DNA from: Chthoniobacterales bacterium
Lineage (GTDB): Bacteria; Verrucomicrobiota; Verrucomicrobiia; Chthoniobacterales; Chthoniobacteraceae
Length of the DNA: 64,000 nucleotides
Direction: 5' to 3'
NCBI GenBank assembly: GCA_038207335.1
Contig: JBBQZX010000003.1
Location: 96,001 to 160,000 of the forward strand
Shown: positions 9,339 to 17,734 of the stretch, in pieces
How positions within the stretch are numbered: the stretch's first letter is position 1
How the letters are laid out: each line of letters starts with the position of its first letter
Program-made: the position numbers and the translations under genes
The notes under the pieces: generated by a model
What the model was told of the DNA's origin: nothing
The model's database searches: none
The model's input: only the letters and a program-made list of their open reading frames with translations

Positions 9339-10163
9339 CTACAACTGCACGCGCCGGAACAGCTCGTCGAGCGGCAGACTCAGTCCGATGAAAAATTCGC
9401 CAAACTCGCCATACTCCGCCGTCACCGGATCGAAGCGCATCTCATACACGATCGCCTTCACGTCGAATGTGTCGTGCGCGAAAAGCGTGACGCCCCACTC
9501 GGCGTCCTCGAGCCCGGTCGAACCGGTGATGAGCTGCAAAATCTTGCCGTGATACTTGCGTCCGACTTTCGCGTGGCCGCGCATCAGCTTCTTCCGCTCG
9601 TCGAAATCCAGCGCATACCAATTCTGCCCGACCACGCGCCGCTTCGACATCGGATAAAAACAGAATACCTCCCAGACTGGCAGCACTGGATACAGCTTGT
9701 CCTTGCGGTATTTCGTCATCCGCGTGCTGAATTCCTGCATCCCTTTTTCAAACTCCGGCGTGCCCGGCGCGACCCCATCCTCCTTCTCGAGCGTCACCGC
9801 GTATTCCGCATCGCTCGTCGTGTATTCGCTCTCCTCGGTCATCGAGAGGTAGGTATAGACCGGCGTTAGCACATCCGGCCCGAGCGAAAGATTGAGCCGC
9901 TTTTCGATCGCATTTGCCGTGTGCAAATCGGGCGTCAGCAACATGAAGCCGATGTCCGCTTTCGGCGACACGATGCTGAAAATCAGGAGCTGCGTCGTCT
10001 CCGTCTCGCGGATTTCCGCGATGAGTTCGGTAAAGCTCGTCTTCACTTCGCGCTGCTCGTCCGGCGTGAGCAGCGACCACTGCCCGTGCTCGATTTTGTA
10101 GAAAAGGTGCAGCACGTGCCAGCCTTCGCGCGGCACCACGCTGGCGGGAGTTTTTTCAGTCAT
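9339..10163 (-). CDS. hemQ: Coproheme decarboxylase (HemQ/ChdC; chlorite dismutase superfamily)
   Basis: EGWHVLHLF, FYPMSKRR..NWY, LMRGH, ITGSTGLEDAEWGVTLF and IVYEMRFD. Confidence 0.85.
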   Translation of the reverse strand: MTEKTPASVVPREGWHVLHLFYKIEHGQWSLLTPDEQREVKTSFTELIAEIRETETTQLLIFSIVSPKADIGFMLLTPDLHTANAIEKRLNLSLGPDVLTPVYTYLSMTEESEYTTSDAEYAVTLEKEDGVAPGTPEFEKGMQEFSTRMTKYRKDKLYPVLPVWEVFCFYPMSKRRVVGQNWYALDFDERKKLMRGHAKVGRKYHGKILQLITGSTGLEDAEWGVTLFAHDTFDVKAIVYEMRFDPVTAEYGEFGEFFIGLSLPLDELFRRVQL

Positions 10164-10279
10164 GGGGCGCAGAAGATCGGAGCCGCGCGGGGGCCGGTCA
10201 ATGCTCGACTTGCCGCGCGGGAAAAGCGTTGCAAAGGCACGGCACGTTCCTATTTTGACCGCTCCAAAATCCAAATCAG

Positions 10280-10513
10280 ATGGCCGATCTCGCTAATAAA
10301 TATCCCGAAAACGTCGCCGGAAAATTCTACGTCGATGACCAGTGCATCGACTGCGATCTCTGCCGCGAGACGGCTCCCGCGAATTACACGCGCAACGACG
10401 ACGGCGGCCACAGCTACGTCTTCAAGCAGGCCGAGTCGCCCGAGGAGGAGGCGCTGTGCCGCGAGGCGATGGAAGGCTGCCCGGTCGAGGCGATCGGCAG
10501 CGACGGAGAATAA
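10280..10513 (+). CDS. Ferredoxin
   Basis: CIDCDLC...CPVEAIG; acidic 77-aa protein. Confidence 0.92.
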   Translation: MADLANKYPENVAGKFYVDDQCIDCDLCRETAPANYTRNDDGGHSYVFKQAESPEEEALCREAMEGCPVEAIGSDGE

Positions 10514-10520
10514 TCGCGCT

Positions 10521-10546
10521 GTAGCCGGGATCGCCGATCCCGGCTA
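10521..10546. repeat. Short palindrome (REP-like or attenuating hairpin)
   Basis: TAGCCGGGATCG-C-CGATCCCGGCTA inverted repeat between ferredoxin and DUF721 gene. Confidence 0.55.
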
Positions 10547-10557
10547 AACGTCCGCGA

Positions 10558-10920
10558 ATGCACCCCGCGAAATTGCGCGCCATCGCCCTCGCGGAATGGC
10601 GCGGGTTGCCGGCGACGCCATTCATTCGCGATACATCGAGGCCGATCGGTGAGACGATGGCGAAAGTGCTCGCCGGGCTCGGGCTGAAGGACCGCCTGCG
10701 TGAGGATGAGGTGCTGCGGGCTTGGGGTGAGATAGTCGGGGAATTCATCGCCGGCCACGCGACGCCGAGCCGACTCAAGGACCGCGTGCTCTACGTCCAA
10801 GTCCTGCAGCCGACCGCGCTCTACGATCTCGACCGCGTGTGGAAGCCGCAGATTTTGGAAAAGCTGAAGAACCGCTTCGGCGTGAAGACGGTGCGGGACA
10901 TCAAATTTCGCATCGGATGA
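10558..10920 (+). CDS. DUF721/DciA family protein
   Basis: LRAWGEIVGEFIAGHATP..LKDRVLYVQV...VRDIKFRIG. Confidence 0.82.
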   Translation: MHPAKLRAIALAEWRGLPATPFIRDTSRPIGETMAKVLAGLGLKDRLREDEVLRAWGEIVGEFIAGHATPSRLKDRVLYVQVLQPTALYDLDRVWKPQILEKLKNRFGVKTVRDIKFRIG

Positions 10921-11276
10921 GCGCCGTGCCCGACCTCATCCGCATCGAAGCGCTCGAGCTTTCCGCGCACATTGGCGTGCCGGATGAAGAGCGCGCCGCA
11001 CCGCAGCGCCTGACCGCAAACCTTTTGCTGGAGCCGATCGCGGGATTTTCCGAACTCGGCGATCGGATCGAAAACGGGGTCGATTATTTCCAAGTCTCGC
11101 GTGCCGTGCAGGCGCTCTCGCGCGCGAAATCGCGGAGGCTCATCGAAACACTCGCAGACGAAATCGCCGCCGATTTGCTCGCGCGATTTCCGCTCCGCAG
11201 CGTGGAGATCGAGCTGCGAAAATACATCCTGCCCGACACCGCATTCGTTGCCGTCCGACTCCGCCGACCCGCGTGA
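10917..11276 (+). CDS. folB: Dihydroneopterin aldolase
   Basis: HIGVPDEERAAPQRL, VDY, LIETLA and ELRK; ATGA overlap with upstream gene. Confidence 0.9.
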   Translation: MSAVPDLIRIEALELSAHIGVPDEERAAPQRLTANLLLEPIAGFSELGDRIENGVDYFQVSRAVQALSRAKSRRLIETLADEIAADLLARFPLRSVEIELRKYILPDTAFVAVRLRRPA

Positions 11277-11312
11277 AACAGAGAGCCCCGGTTAAAAGAC
11301 TCCACCTCTTCC

Positions 11313-12431
11313 ATGAAAAAAAAGCTCCCAAAACTCATCGTCGGCGACAGCGACCATGATCCGGACATCCTTTACGCCACGGGGTTCTTCGCGCCTGATC
11401 CTTTCATTTTTCTCGCGCAAAATGGGAAGACTTCCGTCGTGCTCAGCGACCTCGAAGTCGATCGCGGACGTGCCACCGCGCGCGTCGATGAAGTCGTGGC
11501 GATGGCGGACATTTCGAAGCTGTGCAAAAAGGGAAAGGCCTCGCCGTTTGTCGAGCATCTCGCGGTTTTTCTGCATTCGCGCGGCATCAAACGCGCCGCA
11601 GTTCCGCGCACTTTTCCACTCGGGCTCGCGAATGACCTCGCTAAATTCGGCATCGCGCTCGCCGCGCAAAAAGGCCTCTTTTTTCCCGAGCGGGAAAGGA
11701 AGACCGAGAGCGAACTCGGCCACATGCGTCGCGCATCGCGCATCACGGAAGCAGGCCTCGCGCGCGGCTTCGAGGTGCTGCGCGCGTCGGAAATTGGAAA
11801 GCGAAACGTCCTCTCGTGGGGCGGGCGCACGCTGACTTCAGAGTTGCTCCGCGCGGAGATCGAGTCAGCGATTTTGCGCGCGGGCGGAGCGCCTGCGAAT
11901 TCCATCGTCGCCGGCGGTGAGCAAGCGTGCGACCCGCACGAGCGCGGGCACGGGCCTCTGCGCGCAAAGGAACTCATCATCCTCGACATCTTCCCGCGCT
12001 CGGCGACGACGGGATACTTCGGCGACATGACGCGCACGGTGGTCCGCGGACGCGCGAGCGATGCTCAACGCGCGCTGTGGCAGACCGTGCTCGATGGCCA
12101 AAAGCTCGCGCTGAAGGCGATGAAGCCCGGCGCGGGCGGAAAGGAAATCCAGGATTCCGTGCGCAATCTTTTCACGAAAAAAGGATATCCGACCGAGCAG
12201 CGCGAGGGGCGCTGGTGCGGCTTTTTCCACGGCCTCGGCCACGGGCTCGGGCTGGAAATCCACGAGGATCCGCGCATGGCGCGCACGACGCTCACGCCGG
12301 GGCAGGTGCTCACCGTAGAGCCAGGCCTCTACTATTCCGGCCTCGGTGGAGCGCGCCATGAAGACGTGGTGGTCATCACCGACACCGGCAACCAGATGCT
12401 CTCGAAATTTCCGAAGCCGCTCGAGATTTAG
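11313..12431 (+). CDS. Xaa-Pro aminopeptidase (M24B)
   Basis: GYFGDMTRT, HGLGHGLGLEIHE, TVEPGLY and RHEDVVV. Confidence 0.92.
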   Translation: MKKKLPKLIVGDSDHDPDILYATGFFAPDPFIFLAQNGKTSVVLSDLEVDRGRATARVDEVVAMADISKLCKKGKASPFVEHLAVFLHSRGIKRAAVPRTFPLGLANDLAKFGIALAAQKGLFFPERERKTESELGHMRRASRITEAGLARGFEVLRASEIGKRNVLSWGGRTLTSELLRAEIESAILRAGGAPANSIVAGGEQACDPHERGHGPLRAKELIILDIFPRSATTGYFGDMTRTVVRGRASDAQRALWQTVLDGQKLALKAMKPGAGGKEIQDSVRNLFTKKGYPTEQREGRWCGFFHGLGHGLGLEIHEDPRMARTTLTPGQVLTVEPGLYYSGLGGARHEDVVVITDTGNQMLSKFPKPLEI

Positions 12432-12515
12432 CGGGCGGTTAGACGAGATGCGCGCCGCGCGTTTGAACAGTCCCGCCGCGCGGGTGTCAGAAAACAGCCG
12501 GACTTTTAAAGCCCA

Positions 12516-13190
12516 ATGACACTCGGAAACTATCTCCTCCTCCTCATCGCCCCGCTGCTCCTCGGCCTCTGGGCTCAGTGGCGCGTGAAAAGCGCGTTCG
12601 GCAAATACTCCCAAGTCCGCGCCAGCTCGAATATCACCGGTGCCGAAGCCGCGCGCGAAGTGCTCGAAGCCGCGCAAATTCACGACGTCGAAGTCGTCGA
12701 AATCAACGGAATGCTCGGCGACCACTACGACCCCACGAGCAAGCGCCTCTGCCTCTCCACCGACGTCTTCAGCACCCCATCCGTCGCCGCGCTCGGCATC
12801 GCCATCCACGAGTGCGGCCACGCGATCCAGCACGCGAAAGCCTACGCGCCACTCAAAATCCGCATGGCCCTCGTGCCCGTCACGATGTTCGCCTCGAAGC
12901 TCCTCACCATCATCATTTTCGCGAGCTGGTTTTTCGCTTTCTCCGGCCTTTTCAAAATCGGCTTCTGGTGCTTTTTCGTCCTCGCGGTTTTCCAAATCAT
13001 CACGCTCCCCGTCGAGTTCGACGCATCGCGCCGGGCGAAAATCATCCTCCAGCAAATGGGTATCATCCAGCCCGGCGCCGAAGCCGCTGGCGTCTCCAGC
13101 GTGCTCAATGCCGCCGCCCTCACCTACGTTGCCGCGCTCGTCGCGACACTAGGCAACCTCCTCTTCTTCTTCCTCCGCAGCCGCGACTAG
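12516..13190 (+). CDS. Putative neutral zinc membrane metallopeptidase (YugP/Zn_peptidase_2)
   Basis: DHYDP, IAIHECGHAIQH (HExxH), ITLPVEFDASRRA and AAALTYVAA. Confidence 0.9.
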   Translation: MTLGNYLLLLIAPLLLGLWAQWRVKSAFGKYSQVRASSNITGAEAAREVLEAAQIHDVEVVEINGMLGDHYDPTSKRLCLSTDVFSTPSVAALGIAIHECGHAIQHAKAYAPLKIRMALVPVTMFASKLLTIIIFASWFFAFSGLFKIGFWCFFVLAVFQIITLPVEFDASRRAKIILQQMGIIQPGAEAAGVSSVLNAAALTYVAALVATLGNLLFFFLRSRD

Positions 13191-13200
13191 AAACTCCCCC

Positions 13201-13920
13201 ATGTCATTCGCTCCCGCACTTCCGTCCTCCCTTGCCGATACGCTCCCATTTTTCAGCGCAGCGCCCGCGCAAACTCCTACCGCTCCGCCTGCAAACACTG
13301 ATACGAAGCGGCGGACCATGCAGGACGCCACGAGCCGCCAACAGGACGACGAGCTGATCGCCCGCACACAAGCGGGCGACCCGGCGGCGTTCGACGAGCT
13401 CATCGTGAAATACAGCCCGCGCCTCTACGGCCTCGTCTATCACATGACCTCGAACCACGAGGACGCCAACGACCTCATGCAGGACATCTGGTCGAAAGCC
13501 TTTCGCTCCATCACCGGCTTCCGCGGCAAATCCAGCTTCTACACATGGATGCACTCCATCGGGGTGAACATGACGATTAACTTCCTCAAAAAGCGCGGCC
13601 GCCGTTTTCACCTTAGCCTCGATGACGTCGATTCAAACATCCAGAACGACAAGGAATTCATCGAACTCACCGCCGCCAGTTCGCCCGTCCGCGAGACCGA
13701 TCTGAACGAACTGCAAGTGCGCCTGAACGAGTCCATGCAAAAGCTGTCTCACGACCACCGCGCCGTCGTCACCATGTTCGACATTCAGGGCATGCCGCAC
13801 GCCGAGATCGCGAAAATCCTCGGCACCTCCGAAGGCACCGTCCGCTCCCGCCTCTTCTACGCGCATCGCCAGCTCCAAAACTTCCTCACCGAATTTCACG
13901 ACACACCACGCCATGACTGA
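13201..13920 (+). CDS. ECF sigma-70 factor (RpoE-like); start could be 13318
   Basis: D.ELI.R...GD..AFDEL, DANDLMQD, FRGKSSFYTW and EIAKILGTSEGTVRSRLFYA. Confidence 0.92.
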   Translation: MSFAPALPSSLADTLPFFSAAPAQTPTAPPANTDTKRRTMQDATSRQQDDELIARTQAGDPAAFDELIVKYSPRLYGLVYHMTSNHEDANDLMQDIWSKAFRSITGFRGKSSFYTWMHSIGVNMTINFLKKRGRRFHLSLDDVDSNIQNDKEFIELTAASSPVRETDLNELQVRLNESMQKLSHDHRAVVTMFDIQGMPHAEIAKILGTSEGTVRSRLFYAHRQLQNFLTEFHDTPRHD

Positions 13921-14392
13921 CGAGCAACTCACCGCCCTGCTACGACTCAAGCGTTACGAAGAGCCGCCTCCCGGCTACTTCGACGGCCTGCTCAAGAACG
14001 TGCAGAGCCGCCAGCGCGCCGAGCTTTTGCGGCGTCCGCTGTGGAAAATTGCGATCGAGCGCGTGCAGACATTTTTCGGCGAGCACAGCATGAGCTCGCT
14101 CTCCTATGCCGGCGCGATGGCGGGCTTCCTCGTCATCGGCCTCGTCGGCATTGGGCTCATGTCGCCCGGCGATTTGGAGCGGAAAAACAACGCCTCCATG
14201 ACACTCGCCAGTGCCGTTCCCGCCGCCGCCGGCAAAATCCTCTCGCTCCAGCCCAACCGGCTCCCCGCCTCGCCCTTCGCCCCCACGCAGCCGCTCGGAA
14301 ATACATGGCCCGTCTCGGCTCCCGGCGGCCACGCGCCGCGCTACGTCATCGACGCGCGGCCCGCGAGCTATGAACTTTCCCGCAGCTACTAA
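13913..14392 (+). CDS. Putative anti-sigma factor (single TM)
   Basis: Overlaps sigma stop; short cytoplasmic N-terminus (EEPPPGYFD), one TM, Pro-rich periplasmic tail. Confidence 0.65.
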   Translation: MTDEQLTALLRLKRYEEPPPGYFDGLLKNVQSRQRAELLRRPLWKIAIERVQTFFGEHSMSSLSYAGAMAGFLVIGLVGIGLMSPGDLERKNNASMTLASAVPAAAGKILSLQPNRLPASPFAPTQPLGNTWPVSAPGGHAPRYVIDARPASYELSRSY

Positions 14393-15425
14393 GCGCGCGA
14401 TCCCCGTCGCAGCCAGCCTGCTCTTCCTCGCTGCGCGCCCGCTTTTTGCGGAGGAAAATCCCGCGCCCTCCGCCGCAGAGGCCATCGCCGGCGAAGTCCG
14501 TGTGATCTTCCAAAACTGCCGCAAAGCTGTCGTCAAAATCGAAGCCGTCGATGCCCACGGCGAACTCGCCGGTACCGGATTCTTCATCGATCCAAACGGC
14601 ACCCTCTACACCTCCTACACCGTCGGCGGCGAATCCCGCGGCATCGTCGTCACCGTCGGCGACCAAAAGCTCCCCGCGCATCGCATTGCCGCCGACCCGC
14701 GCAGCGGCGTCGCCATCTTGAAAGTCGATGCCGAGACCCCTTTCCTGCTCCCTGGAAAATCGCACGACCTCCTCGTCGCCTCCCCCGTCATCTCCATCGG
14801 ATACCCCATGGACCTCCCGCTCACCCCCACATTCGGCACCGTCGGCGGCTTCGATCTGAAATACCTCGGCCGCTATTTTGCCACCACCCACATCCGCGCA
14901 AACGTTCCCGTCCAGCGCGGCGAAGGCGGCGCACCGCTCCTCAATATGCACGGCGAAGTCGTCGGCATCCTCATCTCCAGCCTCGACTCCGGCAGCGCCT
15001 CCTTCGTCCTCCCCATCGAAGCCGCCGAGAAAGTCCGCATGGACTACGTCCGCTTCGGCGAAGTCCGACCTGGCTGGATCGGCGTCAACGTCAGTGCCGC
15101 CCCCGAGCCAATCGGCGGCTCCGTTGCACAAATCGAAGCCCTCGCCGAAAACGGCCCCGCCGAGAAAGCCGGCCTGGAGAAAGGCGACATCCTCCTCCAG
15201 ATCGGCGACAAAAAAATCACCGAGCTCGAAGACGTCCTCGACGCCTCCTTCTTCACCACAGCCGGCGACCCTCTCCCCGTCAAAGTCCTCCGCGACCACG
15301 AGCCCCGCGACCTCACCCTCCAGCCCCGCGACCATCCCGGCTCCGAGCACCTCCACCCCGGCGGCATCCCCACCAGCCAGCCCTTCGCCGGCTCCACCGA
15401 CCTGCCCCTGAAGATGGGAAGGTGA
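14370..15425 (+). CDS. HtrA/S1C-like trypsin + PDZ protein, catalytic triad substituted
   Basis: Signal peptide; AVVKIE, GTGFFID, IGYPMDL, PLLNMHGEVVGI; PDZ GPAEKAGLEKGDIL. Confidence 0.85.
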   Translation: MNFPAATKRAIPVAASLLFLAARPLFAEENPAPSAAEAIAGEVRVIFQNCRKAVVKIEAVDAHGELAGTGFFIDPNGTLYTSYTVGGESRGIVVTVGDQKLPAHRIAADPRSGVAILKVDAETPFLLPGKSHDLLVASPVISIGYPMDLPLTPTFGTVGGFDLKYLGRYFATTHIRANVPVQRGEGGAPLLNMHGEVVGILISSLDSGSASFVLPIEAAEKVRMDYVRFGEVRPGWIGVNVSAAPEPIGGSVAQIEALAENGPAEKAGLEKGDILLQIGDKKITELEDVLDASFFTTAGDPLPVKVLRDHEPRDLTLQPRDHPGSEHLHPGGIPTSQPFAGSTDLPLKMGR

Positions 15426-16194
15426 GGGGAGCGCAGAGGCCAGCCTCCGCGACCTGCGGGACAAAGCTCCTCGCGACCACATCCTCGCCGAGAAATCGCA
15501 CTAGTCAGCCCCTTCGAGAATCAGCGCGCGGCCGCTGACCCGCCTTCCCGGCTCCCTTGCCGCGTCGATGTCCGCACCGCGCCCCGCCCGAACCGAGAAA
15601 GGCATTGACACCCGCGCACGCCCGGCGCGACAAACGCGTCCGTGGAAGCCCCCGCGTGGAAAAAGCCGTCGTGCGCCCCCAGGACTGCTGGCATCCTTGG
15701 AAGCACCTCCGCCTCCTCTCGACCCGCCCGCTCCATCATCGCGAAAAATCGCACCTCCTGCGACCGGGGTCAGAGAATCGCGATCGGCGAAACCCGCCGC
15801 ATCGCCGATGGCGGCATCCTCATGGCCATGCCCTAAAGCCGCATAAGTCAATCAAGTCCACTACAACCTTATCGGTTCCCTCGGCCCCCACACCACCTAC
15901 AAAGACGCCCTCAGCGACGCCCAGCGAGCCGCTGAAGACCTCATCCCCGGCGCCACCGGCATCGATTAAAATCATCCTCGACCTCTACAACGACGCCGAA
16001 GACCACTGCCGCGACCTCCCCCCCCGGCACCCGCCCCGACAAATGCGGCTAATGGGGCCTCCAATACGCCGACGACCCCGAGGAAGAAGAACAACCCTCA
16101 ACTCCAACTCCGCCCACCCCGTAGCGCTACCCCTATTTCATGTTAGGCGTCTTGAGAGCACTCTCCGAACTTCTAACCGCCATTATTCCATTCT

Positions 16195-16575
16195 ATGTCT
16201 TACATTAACCTCGAAAAGAAATACGACACCGTCGTGAGCAGCGGGCAATCCACTCTCAAGGCGCTCTTGACCCTGAACGGCGGCGCAAGCTTGGCATTTC
16301 TCGCCTTCATTGAACATGCGTTGGCGCAGAAATTGCCTATTGAGCGCGGTGGTCTGGTTTTAGCATTGCAGCTATTCATAGCAGGCACGTTCATGACCGT
16401 CTGCGCCTTCGGAACAATTTTTTTGACGAATTGCTTTAGCAGCGTCAGGTGGAACCGGACATCGAACGCCATGTTCGTTATAACGCTTCTTTGTGGCTTT
16501 TCCTCGCTGTTTCTTTTTGTATGGGCGAGCGGCACCGCCATACATGGATTCGAAGCTTTGCCGCAGACTCCGTGA
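16195..16575 (+). CDS. Cassette 1: small membrane protein (about 3 TM)
   Basis: Between GTTAGGC (16142) and GCCTAAC (16583); AT-richer codons; LLTLNGGASLAFLAF. Confidence 0.75.
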   Translation: MSYINLEKKYDTVVSSGQSTLKALLTLNGGASLAFLAFIEHALAQKLPIERGGLVLALQLFIAGTFMTVCAFGTIFLTNCFSSVRWNRTSNAMFVITLLCGFSSLFLFVWASGTAIHGFEALPQTP

Positions 16576-16582
16576 ATAAGTC

Positions 16583-16713
16583 GCCTAACCATGCGATGCA
16601 GCGAACCGCTCCGTGCGTTACAGCCTGTGCGCCCCCCCGCAGACCCGCCCCCGCAACCTTTCCGCACAGGCTGCACCGCCCCTCGGCAGTCGCCGAGCTT
16701 GAGGGCGTTAGGC
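16583..16713 (+). repeat. attC site 1
   Basis: GCCTAAC-catgcgatgcagcgaac...gtcgccgagcttgagggc-GTTAGGC, 131 bp. Confidence 0.85.
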
Positions 16714-16841
16714 AATGCTACCCGTCACTCGCACATCCGCGGTCCCTCTCAACCAATTAATATCTCGACAGGCGGATTGAGTGAGCGTTATATTGCGCAC
16801 CGACTCCTTCTAGAGGAGATAAAAACCGTCAAAACACTCCA

Positions 16842-17018
16842 ATGCCTAAAATTCCTGTCGGTTTCGGCATTGTTACGCCCGCGGCAGACGTCTATTACAA
16901 TTCAATGTCGATCGTTCCTGAGCCCTCATCGGTGATGATGCTTCTCGCGGGATGCATGTTCTGCTTCGGAGCCGTCGCAGCTAAGGAAAAAAATAGTCAC
17001 TTCGACCGCAACCCCTAA
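16842..17018 (+). pseudogene. Cassette 2: PEP-CTERM sorting-domain remnant (58 aa)
   Basis: MPKIPVGFGIVTPAADVYYNSMSIVPEPSSVMMLLAGCMF...; no signal peptide; stop TAA inside CCCTAAC. Confidence 0.6.
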
Positions 17019-17139
17019 CCCTGCGCTGCAGCGAGCTGCTCCGGGCGTCACAGCCTGTGCTCCTTCCCGCAGACCCGCCCCCACGGCGATGCAGCTACCG
17101 CACCACCCTTCGCAGCCGCTGAGCTTGGGGTCGTTCGGC
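17013..17139 (+). repeat. attC site 2
   Basis: CCCTAAC-cctgcgctgcagcgagc...gccgctgagcttggggtc-GTTCGGC, 127 bp, homologous to attC1. Confidence 0.82.
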
Positions 17140-17162
17140 GACTTCCACGCACAATCTCTCCA

Positions 17163-17624
17163 ATGAAAGCCTTTCTGTTCCTTCTCCTCGCCGTCACCAC
17201 ACTTTCCGCTTCGGCAGCCGACAGACGCCGCGACGCCAAAGAGTCGAAGCCCGACGCGCTCGTGGCAGCAGTGAATTACGGCAGGGCATTCTATACCGAA
17301 CTCAGCCGAGAAGTGGCGCTGCCTCTTCCCTTTAACACCGGCGGTGGCGGAGACATCGGCGCGATGCATTCCCGCGAATGGAGCTACACCATTCCTGCCG
17401 ATCAGTTCCCGGCGAAGCGCCTCTACGAGATTGCGTTTCGTGCGCACCAACAGTGGCACGTTGGCTGGACAGGCTGGGCCGGAAACGACGGCGGAGGGGG
17501 CGGCGGAACCAATCGCTTTCGCGCCACAGCGGGAACGTACGGCGCCAGTGTCTTCATCGACGTCATCGCTTACACCGAAGGCACTGACACGGTGATTCTC
17601 GTGATGGCACGCTGTGCCCAATGA
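17163..17624 (+). CDS. Cassette 3: secreted hypothetical protein
   Basis: Signal peptide MKAFLFLLLAVTTLSASA; flanked by GTTCGGC and GCCGAAC. Confidence 0.78.
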   Translation: MKAFLFLLLAVTTLSASAADRRRDAKESKPDALVAAVNYGRAFYTELSREVALPLPFNTGGGGDIGAMHSREWSYTIPADQFPAKRLYEIAFRAHQQWHVGWTGWAGNDGGGGGGTNRFRATAGTYGASVFIDVIAYTEGTDTVILVMARCAQ

Positions 17625-17628
17625 AGTC

Positions 17629-17724
17629 GCCGAACCATGCGCTGCCGCGAACTGCTCCGGGCGTCACAGCCTGTGCTCCCGCCCGCAGACCCGCCCCCGC
17701 CGCTGAGGCTCGGGGTCTATAGGC
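17629..17724 (+). repeat. attC site 3 (internally deleted, degenerate core)
   Basis: GCCGAAC-catgcgctgccgcgaactgctccgggcgtcacagcctgtgc...gccgctgaggctcggggtc-TATAGGC, 96 bp. Confidence 0.7.
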
Positions 17725-17734
17725 GAATCCGCGC

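Noticed and set aside
15501..16237. ORFs 15557-16237, 15568-15846 and 15501-15851 as genes or an integrase
   Set aside because: Low-complexity Pro/Arg/Ser translations with no recognisable motifs, including none of a tyrosine recombinase
16591..16935. 114-aa ORF beginning inside attC1
   Set aside because: N-terminal third is translated repeat; no protein-like features
16583..17724. CRISPR array or tRNA/REP cluster interpretation of the three repeats
   Set aside because: Repeats are 96-131 bp with 300-490 bp ORF-bearing spacers, there are no cas genes, and the core sites fit attC
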